DNA of 63,993 nt, filler included, from Chrysochromulina tobinii (GCA_001275005.1; 7 parts of 7 records of this genome joined end to end with filler, not necessarily neighbours in it), one strand, 5' to 3'. Positions 1-12,084 are shown, numbered from the whole stretch's first letter. Program-made: numbers and translations. The notes: a model not told the origin generated them from the letters alone.

Positions 1-139
1 CTCTCACCGCTTTAGCTCCTGAGATTCCAAGAGATTTGGTTGCAGTTCTTCTCTGTGTCTCGTTTCACTGTTAACAAGTAAGCCCATTGTGCTGGGCGCA
101 ACATCCCGATAGAGTGTTGCTAGGCGCCATTACTTACAC

Positions 140-1636
140 ATGTGGGGCACTGCAGTCTCGCCGCTGGTTTTTTCCAGGGCACCGACATCAGCCGTCTTAG
201 CGATGTCACCGTGGGCGTCAGTCGTTCGTATAAAGGCCGAGGAAGGCCACGCCTTCAACGAGCAGGGTGATTTTGCTTCCGCACGAGAAGCGTTTCTTGA
301 AGCGCTCACACTTTGTCCAGACACGGCAGCTTCTTCCAAGGAGAAGGCCACACTGCTGTTCAGTGCGGCTAACATGTCCGTCAAGCTGAACGAGCTGGAC
401 GAGGCACGGCGCCTGTACCACAAGGTGCTGTGGATGCGTGGGGTGGACCCATCGTTGAGCCAGCGCGTGCACGAGAAGCTGGCCAGCCCGCTCTTGAGCT
501 CGTCTGCACCAGCGCCGGCAGCGACCCCCACTCGCCCAACTCCATCGACGCCGGCGACTGAGGTCTCACTTATGTGTGGTAATCCACCCTCACCGTCGCC
601 TACGACGCGTGAGCCGAGCTGGATGTGGAAGGCAGCAGGCGACTCGCTCGTTGACCACGTGCTTCGCCCACGCGTGCGGCTTGGGCCTCCGACGATCCAG
701 AAGTCTGAGGCGGAGCTGATCTATCGGCAGTGCGTTGTGCTGGGCCACGCGGCCAACGCGCACGAGCGTTATCTGCTCGCGCAGTCGTGCTTCGAGAGTG
801 CGTACCAGGCCAAAGAGGATTCCACAGCGTTCATCTCCGCCATTAACATGCGGCTTAAGATGGGCCAGTGTACCCTCGCGTGCTCACTCTACCAACGGCT
901 GCTCGTGGACGCGCGTGCGCCACTGACGACGCAGCAGGCGCAGCTGGTTGGTCGCAAGCTACGCGAAGCCGCCGAGGCCATCCGAGCGCGCGCGTCCACG
1001 AGCCCCCGATCGCCATCAGGCGGCGCCACGCCACTCACCACGCCTGTTAGGGATGAGATCACCGGAGATGAGAAGTCCGCCGCTGTGATCTCATCTACGG
1101 TGATCGCATCTCCGACGAGTGTGCGCATCACGCCTCTGAGGGATGAGATGTCCGCCCTCGTCGCGCCGCTGCCGCAAGGGGCTTGCACGCTGACGAGTGG
1201 TGAGACCGACGAGTTCCTCCGGCTGTTGCGCCGCCAAGGGCACGGGGCGAATGAGCAAGGGGACGCGGATGCGGCGCTCCATGCATTCGAGGTGGCGTTC
1301 GCCGTCAGCAGAAGCCCTTCGGATTTACTCTCAGCGGCGAATATGCGCGTCAAGCTCGTGGACACATCGACGGCGGCCGAGGCGCTGTACAACTACTTGC
1401 TGTCCCTTGGGCTCGGCTGGCCCGATGGACTGAGCAGCACCGAGGCTCATGTGGCCTCGCGCCAGCTGGAGGCCATCCGGGAGCGCCGCAGGGAGCGCAA
1501 GGCGCAGCTGGCGCTCGCGGCCGCTGAGGAGAAGCAAGCAGCTCCGCGCGAGGCAGACGACGCGGCCAAAAGCGGTGGCGAGCCGGAGTTCATGTCTTGG
1601 CTGGCGAAAACGGCGCTGTCCGAACACCAACCCTAG
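140..1636 (+). CDS. TPR-like repeat protein
   Basis: 498-aa ORF with three related helical segments (GHAFNEQGDFASAREAF; GHAANAHERYLLAQSCF; GHGANEQGDADAALHAF), each followed by an SAxNM motif. Confidence 0.6.
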   Translation: MWGTAVSPLVFSRAPTSAVLAMSPWASVVRIKAEEGHAFNEQGDFASAREAFLEALTLCPDTAASSKEKATLLFSAANMSVKLNELDEARRLYHKVLWMRGVDPSLSQRVHEKLASPLLSSSAPAPAATPTRPTPSTPATEVSLMCGNPPSPSPTTREPSWMWKAAGDSLVDHVLRPRVRLGPPTIQKSEAELIYRQCVVLGHAANAHERYLLAQSCFESAYQAKEDSTAFISAINMRLKMGQCTLACSLYQRLLVDARAPLTTQQAQLVGRKLREAAEAIRARASTSPRSPSGGATPLTTPVRDEITGDEKSAAVISSTVIASPTSVRITPLRDEMSALVAPLPQGACTLTSGETDEFLRLLRRQGHGANEQGDADAALHAFEVAFAVSRSPSDLLSAANMRVKLVDTSTAAEALYNYLLSLGLGWPDGLSSTEAHVASRQLEAIRERRRERKAQLALAAAEEKQAAPREADDAAKSGGEPEFMSWLAKTALSEHQP

Positions 1637-1954
1637 CCGCCTAACTAGGGCGTAGCTCCGTAGCACAGTCGAGTCGTCAGGGCAAAAGTCTAAATGTGCG
1701 AACTGAGAGTGCGATTGTGGTCTCACTGAGTTCAAAATCAGGTGGTGGGGATAGTGTGTGAATCCAGAAAGAATACCCTCCCCTACCCCTTTGGGTCAAC
1801 CACTGAGTTCAAAATCAGGTTTTGGATAGTGTATGAATCCAAGTTCAAGTTCAAGTTATTGATTCCAATAGGAAGAAAGTGTGTGAATCCGTGTCAAGCT
1901 CTGTGCGTTTCGGATTGCGAAGAAACCAACTTCGAGAACGGAGAAAGAACATCC

Positions 1955-3586
1955 ATGGCCAGCACTCCTGTGCGACGAGCGCCTCACTCCGAGGAGCTTC
2001 TGGTCAAAGCGTACACAACCCAGGAGTACCCGCCAAGGGCAATCCCGCGGAATCGCGGTGACTCGGTCACCTCTTCCGCGTCGCGTCGCGGCCCGCCGGC
2101 ACAGCAGAAGCCCTCCGGGCGACCCGCACGGCGGGGACAAGTCACCGTTGTCGGCGGTGGCCAACATGTGGCGTGCTACTGCCCGCAGTGCTTGGCCGCG
2201 GCCGGCCTTAGCAAGCTTGATGGCAAGCGCACGCCCAACTGGCACCAGTCGTCGCCGTACCTCGAGGACCTCACCAAGTCGCTTGTAATCTCTCAACCAG
2301 CGAGGCGCAAGGTGCATCTGGTGCCGCCGCGGCGTGCGCATGCAGCCGCCTCGCCGTACGAGACGTCATTACCAACGCGTGCGGCACCAAAGCTGCGCAC
2401 GCAGGTCCAGGTGCGGGACGCCCTCGCTTTGCCCTCCTCCGGTTCTCAGTGCCGCCCCAACCGCCTTCCCCCCACATACACACATTCCAAACAAGCTCTG
2501 AGGGCCATTCACGCTCTCCCCTGATCTCCACTGATCTCCACTGATCTCACCATCAGTCGTCGCCACGCGCCCCTCTCCCCCCCCCCCTTCCCTCCCGTCG
2601 ACGCAGACGGAGCTCGCGGAGCGTACCTTGCGGCGGCTCTTGGAGATGGAGGCCGCCGCCGCCGCCGAGCGGTGCGGTGTGGATCTCAACACGTACACGA
2701 CGCTGCTCGAGCTACAGCATCGAGACATTACCCCGGAGGACTACGATACGCTCCAGCTGCTCGACTCGGCCAACAAGCCAAAGACGCTCAGCCAGTCGCT
2801 TCTCGACGCCAAGTTCCCTGTGTGGACGGTGCCCGAGGGTGGCGGCGTACCTGCGCCGTCGTCCGCCGCGGAGCGTCGTGTTGAGCATCAGCCGCGCGCC
2901 AGCCGAAGCCTAGATGCCGCGCTGCGTGCGGCAGCTGCCGAGGAGGACGGGGAGGGCGGCGAGGGCGCGGCCGCAGTGGCGGGGCCGTCGGACGCGGCGG
3001 CCGCTACGGCCGAGGCCGACGACCTTTCGGCCACGCAAGGCAACGATGCGACGGCGGCGGCGGGCGCGGTGGACGCGACGGCGACGGGCACACTATGCGA
3101 GCCGTGCGGATCTGTGCACGTGGGACCATGCAAGAAACTGCCATGGGACACGGATCGCGTTTGCTCCATCTGCCTCGAAAAGTTCCTGCCTGGCCAGCTC
3201 GTGCGCTCCCTCCCTTGCTCGCACGTCTTCCATCAGGAATGCATTGACTCGTGGCTGACGCAATCGAGCCGCGCGTGCCCCGAGGACAACATCCCGGTGC
3301 TGAGCGAGGGCGAGATGGCGGGACTCGACGAAGAGGAGGCCGAGCAGCAGCGCCAAGAGCTCTCGAGCGGCGGCGCGAGCTATCACCTCGACGCGTATGC
3401 GCTCGGCCTCGGCGGCAGCGCCGAGGCCGTCCCCGACGGGTATTCGGACGAGTTTCTCTACCGGCTCGAGGAGGCATACGCGCGCGCGGCCGCGGAGCAA
3501 TCAGGAGGCAATTAGCATGCAATCAGGTGACAGCATGCAATCAGGCATTTACGCGCGCGGCCGCGGAGCAGCAGCAGGCACTCTAG
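1955..3586 (+). CDS. RING-H2 E3 ubiquitin ligase; exons 1955-2410, 2607-3473 and probably 3545-3586
   Basis: CSICLEKF..LPCSHVFHQECIDSWL..CP RING-H2; RDITPEDYDTLQLLD motif; phase-0 GT-AG intron 2411-2606; putative GC-AG intron 3474-3544 (stop at 3515 if unspliced). Confidence 0.75.
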
Positions 3587-4582
3587 TCGGGCGGGCGCCT
3601 CAAGCCGCCAGGGGTGCCTCAATCCTGGGGCGTGGACGGGCTGCTCAACAGGCTGCTCGCCGCCGCGCCTGTGCCGTGAGAGCTGCCGCACGCCTATACG
3701 CAAGCTGCACGTGGCGACCTGGGGCGCTCCGGAGCGTTCACAGGAGCGTTCACAGGAGCGCCCGGGCGCCTTGGGCTGTGCGCGATCCTCTGTGGGCTCG
3801 ATTCGATGGGTCTGACTCTACTTCTAAGTTGACTTTACAGGGAGCGGGGGGCGGTGGCAGCAGCAGACGGTGGCCTAACGGCGGCCGATGGGGGTCTAGT
3901 CATGAGGACGGTGGGCGGGCGATACGCGAGGAGATGATCCGAGATTTATCCGAGATACGATCTGATGGCATGGCAATGGAGCGAGGTGCGGCGAGTGCAG
4001 ACGCAGAGTCCAGTAAGACGAGAACGTAAGTTGGCTGTGCGCGCGTGCGTGCACCGGTCAGCCGAAGCGACACGGCACGCGCGCCGGGAGCGCCCCGGGG
4101 CCCGCCGGCCCGCGCGGGTGGTGGGCGGAACCCCGAAGACCAAGACGCAAGTAAGTAAGTAAGTAAGTAAACATGCCAACAGGCAGCGCACACGTGGCGA
4201 GAGGCGACGCGACGCCCCCGCGGCCGCGCGAGACGCGCGGTCGGGCGGCGCCGCGACGTGGTCGGCTAAAACGATATCATTACGCGATATCATAACTGAC
4301 TCATAAGAACGAATTCTTGAGATATTGGCTATTGCAGTTCAGCAAACAGGGGACAAACACACTGATGCGCACAACAGGTGGGCACACACGTACTCACTGA
4401 CATTACAATGATCCCGCGCGAGAGCCGAGACGCGGCGAGACTTGGCGAGACGGGCCACTGGCCCGCCGGCGAGCCCAGCCATGGCGGAAAGGCGAGGGTG
4501 AGCCTCCGGCTGAATCACCAAAGTATATCGTCGTACTGCGGAGCGGCCTACTCACATCGAGGCGAACGAAGTCGGCCCGGCT

Positions 4583-5329
4583 TCACCACGCCACGACAGC
4601 ATACAGAAGCAAGATGAGCACGACAGAGAGCACGAAGATGGCGCAGAACTTTCCCCGGTCCTTCTGCTTAAGCATTTTTTTCATTATATCCTCCGCCTGT
4701 TTCATCTTGCTGCTCGTCTGGTCCATGTCGCCTCCGAGGGCATCGAGCTCCTTGCCCTGCGTTTTTAGTTCCTCATTTATCACTTTGCTCATCGCGCCAA
4801 GCCGATCGAGCGCATTCCCGAGCACGCCGAGCTCCTGGTCCTGATTGTCTATGATGGCCTCGCGGTGCTGCTGCTGCTGCTGCAACGTGGCCTCGTTGTC
4901 AGCCCACGCCGCTTGGTCGCGTTTGGTCCCGCCCGATTCGGCTGCACCCGCTCGGCTTGCGAACAGGTCGCTCCGGTCGGCATTGGTCACTGCCGCCTTG
5001 GCCGCAAGGCGGCCGGCGGCCGCGGGCGTGGGCTCGAGCAGGTCTCGCGAGTCGTTCACGTGCGCCTGCAGGTCGCGCACGAACGACTGCCGCGCCATGA
5101 GCTCCGAGGGCGTGAGCGCAAATTTTGTAGGGTCCTTCAGGGCAATGTCGATGGTGGCCTGCATGTCCTGCAGGTCGACTTGCAACTCGGAGACTCGGCT
5201 CATGATGCGCTGGCGCATCGGCTCATGCTTGGGCGACTTTGTGCTCAGCTTCTGCCACTTCTGGATATCGGCCTGCACGCTATTGAAGGATGCCGTGACC
5301 TCGTCTTGCACCGCGCGGAATGGATCCAT
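4583..5329 (-). CDS. Syntaxin-6/10-like (Tlg1/SYP61) Qc-SNARE
   Basis: N-terminal DPF..V Habc motif, SNARE motif QDQELGVL..INEELKTQGKELDAL, C-terminal TM helix. Confidence 0.85.
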   Translation of the reverse strand: MDPFRAVQDEVTASFNSVQADIQKWQKLSTKSPKHEPMRQRIMSRVSELQVDLQDMQATIDIALKDPTKFALTPSELMARQSFVRDLQAHVNDSRDLLEPTPAAAGRLAAKAAVTNADRSDLFASRAGAAESGGTKRDQAAWADNEATLQQQQQHREAIIDNQDQELGVLGNALDRLGAMSKVINEELKTQGKELDALGGDMDQTSSKMKQAEDIMKKMLKQKDRGKFCAIFVLSVVLILLLYAVVAW

Positions 5330-5523
5330 TGCCCGCTGCGGTCGCTGCTGTGCTGCTCGAACACAGGTCTTCCGAAAGGTGTGAAACTCGAGGGCGAATC
5401 TTCACATGCAACCTAACCTTCTCGCAGGTTGGCCGCTCAAACGAGGTTGCGGAAGTGAAAATCCCCCTCATGTTCGGGTCCTCCGATTCGTGAAAGCCTG
5501 CAAGGGCGCTGCTCAATGGAACC

Positions 5524-7162
5524 ATGAACATCACTGCCACAGAAACCATGGATAATCCGCTCCTCGGAGCGGCTGCCACGTCTTCCTCCACACCCGAATC
5601 GAGAGGGCCGCTATCAACGCTGCCTCTGCCGACAGCTGCAGAGCTGCCGGATTCAGAGCCGCCAGCAACAGAGACGCGGTACGCAGGCCGTTCAGGCTTC
5701 GAGGACGATGCTGAGGAGGAGTACGACCCTGACCAGTCTCGCTATGACGAGGACCCCGCCCTGGACGGAGGTCGGAGGTTAATGGGTGTCATCGAGATCT
5801 TCGGCTACCGTTTCCGACCAGCCACGTCGTTCGCCTTCTGCTTCGGCCTGCGCGAGGCTATGCTCATCTTCGTGGGCATGCAGTTCCTTTCGGGGGTCTT
5901 TTGGCTTTATGTGCGCGCGCGCTCTGCCGCTCCGCTGCTGCTGCGCCCCCCGTGCAGGCGGCGTCCATCAGCTGTCTCACTTGCTGATCACGCCTGTGCT
6001 TGCACCGCAGACGCTCTATCGGGTGCCCGGGGAGGATAAGGCCACGGGAACGCCGATGCTCCGCGGGGTCTCCATAACACTGTTCCTGCTCAACGCGGTG
6101 CTTGGGCTGGTTTCCGTCCAGCGTTCGAGTGAATTGGCATCGCTCAGCCTGGTAGGGACCTTTGGGCTGCTGCTGCTCATGATCACCATCGTCTTTGCGA
6201 CCGAGCGTCCCTCGGAGTGCTCGGTCTCCGAGGTCGTCGACTCGACACCGCTCGGCGAGTTGGTGATCAAGCTTCTCTGGACGTCGGACGCCTGTGTGCT
6301 CATGTCCGTGCTGGGGTGGGTGTTGCTCGCCGCCGTGGCAGGGCTCGCCATCTACTTTTGGTACCTGAGCGCCTGCTACTACGTCGAGCTGCGCGCGCGC
6401 AACGAAGACGTGCGCCGCGTGCGCAAGGCCATCTCATCGCTACCGTGTCGCCGCTTCGTGATGCCGCCCACGCCGGCCGACGGCGGCGAGAGCGGCGATG
6501 GCGGGGACGAGGGACCCACGTGCTCCATCTGCCTCGGTGAGTTTGGCGAGGGAGAGGAGGTGCGACTGTTGCCGTGCATGCATGAGTTTTGCAAGGACTG
6601 CATCGACTCGTGGATCCTTCGCCAAGGGATCGCTGCCTCGTGCCCTCTGTGCAAGCGGATGCTCATCCCGCGCCGTCCTGCCCGCAACGGGCTCGCGCCG
6701 AGCCCAGCCGTTCAACGCGCGACGAGGCGCATGATCGATCGCGAGCGCGCCGCACTCATCGAGCAGGGGGAGGAGGCCGCAGCAGCAGCAAACCTCAACA
6801 CGGGCTTCAACTTCGATGAGCGCAGCTATGGGCGCAGAGACCTCGCAGACTCTGACAGCGACGACGTGTCGGCGACGCCCGCCGATGCATCGGCGTCGGG
6901 CGTAGACTTCCTGTGTGGTCTGCGCCCGGTGCCGAATCAAGGGGCCCATAGACGGGGCCCATGGCCGATGCATCCAGATGACGAGGCCCGTTGGGGCCAA
7001 CGGCCGATGCATCCAGATGGCGAGGCCCAGAGTACATGCACGACGCAGGCCGAGGCGGCAGACGACGACGCGCGGGAGGAGGTGGATGCTCGCAGCTTCA
7101 CCCTCGATCCGCTCTCCGCAGCGCTGCCTGTGGAAGAGAGCAAGAGCAGCGTAACAGCTTGA
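5524..7162 (+). CDS. Multi-pass membrane RING-H2 E3 ligase; exons 5524-5910 and 6011-7162
   Basis: Phase-0 GT-AG intron 5911-6010; several TM helices; CSICLGEF..LPCMHEFCKDCIDSWI..CPLCK. Confidence 0.8.
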
Positions 7163-8181
7163 AGACGACGTCCACGCTTTCAGTCTCGGCTTACTGCTGA
7201 GCGCGACGGGCGAACATACCATACGTGTGTGGCTGCGGACAAGGACTCAGACGGCTGGGAGGCGCTACAGTGCACGACGCTTGCGCACCCGGCCGCAGTT
7301 CAACTTGAAGACAGGCGCGGGGCGTGTGCAGTGTATGTGCATCACCCGCCGGGACGTCTCGTGTAAATAGGTAGTTCGACTGTACAAATACAATCCGAGT
7401 GTGTGCGCTCAGACATGTTCGATGCGTGTGTGTTTATATTCCGTAGATGGCCATATTATTAAGCGTCCGGCCGGCACCTATGTCGTCGCCTGTGTGTGTT
7501 CAAACTTGTCGTCTCGTCCGGATCCAGCATCCCGCCGATCGACGGCGCGGTCCGCCGCCCGCGGTCCCGCGGTCCGGCGCGGGCCGCGCCGGCTCGTGAC
7601 GACGCCGGGCCGCCGAACGTGCAACGTCGGCGCGAGCGGCCGGAGGGCCGCCGGTCAGAGGGGCCGCCGGCGGATGACGACGCGCGCGCGGCCCGGGGGA
7701 CAGAAGAACCCCGCGGCGCGGGTCGCGCACGCATACATGGATACACAGTCACCCTCCGTGCCGTCCGTCCGCTCCGGCCGCCACACGAACGATGGGCCGG
7801 TCCGCGGACGCGCCCGCCGACACACTGAGATACGTCTCTAGCGACTCAAAAGCACCCAGTTCGGAGGACGAGCGGCTCTCATCTAAGAGTGTCTGAGGCC
7901 ACAGCGACCCGAGAAGAGAGATGCGCAGCTGCAGGTTCGTCCCCCCGATCGCCGTATACCCGGCGCAGCTACCACGCCCCTATTGAGAGAGCTTGCCCAA
8001 GCCGGCCCGAGCCGGCCCCTTCCCGCCTAATGAGGGTAATGAGGGTAATGAAGGTAATGAGAGCGTGCCCGAGCCGGCCCCTTCCCGCCTTCGCAGTTTG
8101 CGTGCGTGCGTTCAGCGTGCATGATAGCTCGTCGCGTTTTTGTTCGTCACCCGCCGGTAGGGAGGGGTGGCTGGGCGTGCT

Positions 8182-11148
8182 TCAACGTCTTGAAGCCCCC
8201 ACTCGGCCCGCTGGCTGGCGACCGACTGCGCCGCGCCCTCCTCCACCAGACATGTACTCGTCGAGCAAGGCAGCATAGTTGCGGCGCGGCGACGCGGCCG
8301 GCTCGCGCGCAGGAGTGGGCGGCGCAGTCGGGCGACGCGCGGGGAGCGCACGCTGGTGACCGACTCGCGAGTCCACCCCCACCGCGCTGCTCCGGTGCGC
8401 GGGCGAGGCCGACGGCAGCGGTGAACGGATTGTGAAACCGCCGCCATACCCCCCGCCGCCCCCGCCGCCGCCCCCGCCGCCGCCGCCAGCACCAACGAGC
8501 TCCTCAATCTCGTCCCAGCTCGTCTGATAGGCCGACTGGCCGTGGTGCATCCATCCGTCTGATGAGGGTAACGAGGGGAGTGCATGGGGGTTTGGAGCCA
8601 GTGCGACGTCGTGCGCGCGGGGCATGCTGCTGCCCGGGGAGGGCAGAGGCCGCACACGCCTCGGTGCCTCCTCGGCTTCTCCGAAGGCACCCTCGGTGCT
8701 GTGGCCGTCGCGGTCGCGGTCGCCGCCGCGGGACGCCACGTCACTCCATTCATCGAAGCCGAGCGCAAGGGCCTCTGCAAGGAGAGCGGCGTCCGAGGCG
8801 AACGTCGAGGGCCTGCCGCCTTCGCCGGCGGCCGCAGTGGCGGAGGAGAAGACGTCGATGGCGGCCCAACTCGACGTGCCCGCGGTGCCGCTGGCGGTGC
8901 CACTGCCTGTGCCAGCGGCTGTGCCGGTGGTTTTGCCCGCGGGGAGCGGGCCAGGCCCGAAACAGCCCAACGCTTCGAGACGGCTGGAGATAGAATCTCG
9001 AGGTTCGGGCATCTCTGACGAACGGTTCACGGGCGCGAGCTGCACAGCGGCTGACGAACCAGTTGGCCAGGGCGGGGCTCCGGGTGCACTCGAGGTAGCG
9101 GCCGAAGGCGTCGGCGGAGCGGCACCTTCGGGCGCAGGACCCAAGACCGGTGTCCACCCCCCGGCAGGAGCCGTCTGCCCGACAAGTAGAGCGTCCCAAG
9201 CGCCACCACGGCGCTCCGAGGCACTCGAGGTCACCGCCGCCACCGCCACTGCCGGCAGCGCCCCTCGCGCACGAGACGACGCCACTGGCGCGGGCGGAGC
9301 TGGGGGCTCTGGGGGCAGTGCGGCTAGGGTGGCGAGTTGGTGAGCATGGGCCGCCCGCTGCTCCTCAATGTAGCTCTCCGCTGCTGCCCTCTCCCGCTCG
9401 GCCGCCTCACACGCCGTGCGCGCCACTGCGAACTCGGCCTCGGCCGCCGTGATCACCTCGGCCGCCCGAGCTTCGGCCGCCGCGACAGCCTCGGCCGCCC
9501 GCGCTTCGGCCGCCGCGACCGCCTCGGCCGCCCGAGCTTCGGCCGCCGCGACCGCCTCGGCCGCCCGAGCTTCGGCCGCCGCGACCGCCTCGGCCGCCCG
9601 AGCTTCGGCCGCCGCTGCGCCGCGAGCTTCCGCCTCAAGCACTGCCTCCCGCAGCGCCTCTGCCCAACGTCGGCGGACTTGCGATGCCGCAGCGGTTTCG
9701 GCGTCTGCCTGCTTCCTCGCCACGTCGGCGGTAGCCACGGCGGCCTCGGTGGCCTCGCGGTCCGCGGCCATCTGCCGCATCGCTTGCCGCTCAGCCATGC
9801 GCGCCGCCTCCAATTCGGCAGCCGACCTTTGCACCGTCTGAGCAGCAGAGGCCATCGAGCTCGCGAGGGCACTCTCTGCGGCCTCCAACTCGACAGCGAG
9901 GGTCTCGAGACGCACCGCAAGCTGCGAACGCTCTTCGCGGTGCGCCTCGCGCTCCAATACGCACTCGTACTCCCGCCGTCGATCCTCATCTCGCCTCTCG
10001 AGCTCAAGACGCTGGCGAGCACGCAGGTCGGCGTACTCTTCGGCGGCGCGGCAGTCGGCGTTCGCCCGTTGGGCTCGCTCGAGCGCGTCACGCTTGGCGT
10101 CGCGCGCCTCGACGAGCTGCTCGTGGGCGAGCGCGCGCTCGCCCTCGATCCGCGAGAGCCGCGCCTGCAGCTCCGACGCCTGGCGCTCAAGCTCAGAGGT
10201 GCGTGCAGCCACTTGCTCCGCTATACGCGCCTCGACGTCGGCAGCGAGCGTCTCATGTTGGCGTGAGATCATCGCGAGCTCAGCGGTGCGACGGTGCGCC
10301 GCCGCGTTCGCCTCGGCGAGCGCGGCGGAATGCATGCGCGAGAGTGCGCCCACCGTCTGCTGGTAGCCTTGGCGCAGCAGCGCGCGCTGCGCCCTGTGCG
10401 CTGCGTGCACCTGCTGCAGCCTCTCCAGAAGAGCGCGCGCTCCACTGCCCTTGGGACCAAACGAAACCCCACAGCCCTTGGGCTCGTGCGCCACAGCCCG
10501 CGAGGCGGGCTGCAGGCCACCGCCGCTCTGGCGCACCCCCGCAGGCGCAGCTGGCACCACACTGGGCTCCGCCGGTGCTGAAGAGCCGCCATCGCCGCGG
10601 CCAACCGTCCACATCGAGGGCACTGTGGAACGGGCACGTGGCGGTATAGGCAGTGTCGCTTCCGGCGTGCTCGCCGGTGTTGCAGGCGGGGCGAGCGGTG
10701 CGTCCAGATCGGCCGCTATCGCATCAACAGCCTCGTGCAGCTCCCGCAGCAGCGCGACGTCGACCTGCTCACGGTCGACACTCTCCGTCGTCGGCGAGCT
10801 CGTTGGCTCCACATGGTCCGTTTCCGTCGGCTCTCCGTCGTCGGCTGGAGATGGTGCGAGCTGATTGAGGGATGTGGGCGACGTGGCCGATGTGAGCTGC
10901 CGCTCCGTGAACGCTGGCGTTACTATGGGCTCCTTGAACAGCTCCTTCAAACTGAACTCGTCGGCCAGCGGCGGCAGCGGTGGCAGTGCGATGATGTCAT
11001 CATCCTCAGACGGAACCTCGGTTGCGGCCGTTTTCCACTTCTGCGTCACATCGGTGCAGCGCTTGTCAAAGGCTGCGCGACGCGCGTCGAGCACTTGGGC
11101 GAGCTGCCGGGCTCTGGCAGCATCGGCTGACAGGCCGGTGCGACGCAT
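8182..11148 (-). CDS. Long coiled-coil protein of unknown function
   Basis: 988-aa ORF with an Ala/Glu/Arg-rich helical centre and tandem AAAEARAAEAV repeats; 3' end uncertain. Confidence 0.55.
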   Translation of the reverse strand: MRRTGLSADAARARQLAQVLDARRAAFDKRCTDVTQKWKTAATEVPSEDDDIIALPPLPPLADEFSLKELFKEPIVTPAFTERQLTSATSPTSLNQLAPSPADDGEPTETDHVEPTSSPTTESVDREQVDVALLRELHEAVDAIAADLDAPLAPPATPASTPEATLPIPPRARSTVPSMWTVGRGDGGSSAPAEPSVVPAAPAGVRQSGGGLQPASRAVAHEPKGCGVSFGPKGSGARALLERLQQVHAAHRAQRALLRQGYQQTVGALSRMHSAALAEANAAAHRRTAELAMISRQHETLAADVEARIAEQVAARTSELERQASELQARLSRIEGERALAHEQLVEARDAKRDALERAQRANADCRAAEEYADLRARQRLELERRDEDRRREYECVLEREAHREERSQLAVRLETLAVELEAAESALASSMASAAQTVQRSAAELEAARMAERQAMRQMAADREATEAAVATADVARKQADAETAAASQVRRRWAEALREAVLEAEARGAAAAEARAAEAVAAAEARAAEAVAAAEARAAEAVAAAEARAAEAVAAAEARAAEVITAAEAEFAVARTACEAAERERAAAESYIEEQRAAHAHQLATLAALPPEPPAPPAPVASSRARGALPAVAVAAVTSSASERRGGAWDALLVGQTAPAGGWTPVLGPAPEGAAPPTPSAATSSAPGAPPWPTGSSAAVQLAPVNRSSEMPEPRDSISSRLEALGCFGPGPLPAGKTTGTAAGTGSGTASGTAGTSSWAAIDVFSSATAAAGEGGRPSTFASDAALLAEALALGFDEWSDVASRGGDRDRDGHSTEGAFGEAEEAPRRVRPLPSPGSSMPRAHDVALAPNPHALPSLPSSDGWMHHGQSAYQTSWDEIEELVGAGGGGGGGGGGGGGYGGGFTIRSPLPSASPAHRSSAVGVDSRVGHQRALPARRPTAPPTPAREPAASPRRNYAALLDEYMSGGGGRGAVGRQPAGRVGASRR

Positions 11149-11337
11149 GGCCGGTGCCGCGAGTCGTGCCGCGACGAAACTCTCGCGACAACCTATTCAT
11201 ACGCAAAAAAGCATTTAGATTCATGGTTTCACGAGTATTGTTGGAGAAAAACGCCAGATGTTGAACGTCAAGCGCCGAGTTGTATGAATCGCTCTCCCCC
11301 AACTCCCCCCAACCCTCAGCAGGGGTGACGCGTGGAA

Positions 11338-12084
11338 ATGTTCCTCGCGCGGAAGCCGCTCCACCGTGCGGCCGCTCCTATCTTTGCGCGCTGCGCAGCA
11401 CTGCCATCATCGCTGGCTTCGGGGGGCTGCTCGCGAACACTGCTAACCCGCGCAGCTGGCAAACTGCAGCCTCCGCTCGGTACCTCCTTCCGGACTCAGA
11501 TGCAGCAGGGTGGTGCTCCAAGCCCATTGGCAGCGTTGCTGGGGGCTGCTCCATGGCGAGCGTCGCAGGCACCTCTGCTGCAGCTGCTATCGGGGGCGCG
11601 CCGGCATAGTCACAGGAAGGATGGGGCTGATGGCCGTGGCGCGCGGATGGGCGGGGCACGGGCACAACCCATCCGCGCAAAGCCGAAGCTGAAAAGACCA
11701 GGAGTTCAGACCAAGTACAAGCTCAAAACGCACAAGGGTGCGATGAAGCGCTTCTACCAAAAGGGCGATGGGACATTCATGCACAAAGCCGCGGGTAAGA
11801 AGCACTTGCAGGCGGGTACGTCCCGCCGGCGGCAGACGCTGCGCAAGATGGCGCACCGCCCTGTGACGACAAGACGTATCATCAAGAAGCTGAAACGGTT
11901 GATGCCGTACGGGTCGACAACGCAGCCGGCGACACGTTGGAAAGTTTCGCGCCTCTGGGAGCGGCCAGCGGACTGGAAAGAGCGCGTGGCCGCGGCCGAG
12001 CTGGCTCTTTTGGCCAAGGGGAAGGCGGCGGAGCCCAAAGTGGCGAAAGTCAAGAAGGCCAAAGCCGGCGCGGCGACGGCTTGA
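11338..12084 (+). CDS. rpl35: Organellar (probably mitochondrial) ribosomal protein bL35 with transit peptide
   Basis: KLKTHKGAMKRF..HKAAGKKHL bL35 signature; long Arg/Ala/Ser-rich N-terminal extension. Confidence 0.8.
   Translation: MFLARKPLHRAAAPIFARCAALPSSLASGGCSRTLLTRAAGKLQPPLGTSFRTQMQQGGAPSPLAALLGAAPWRASQAPLLQLLSGARRHSHRKDGADGRGARMGGARAQPIRAKPKLKRPGVQTKYKLKTHKGAMKRFYQKGDGTFMHKAAGKKHLQAGTSRRRQTLRKMAHRPVTTRRIIKKLKRLMPYGSTTQPATRWKVSRLWERPADWKERVAAAELALLAKGKAAEPKVAKVKKAKAGAATA

Noticed and set aside
1724..1842. Duplicated cactgagttcaaaatcagg..ggatagtgt.tgaatcca
   Set aside because: Simple local intergenic duplication with no further evidence of function
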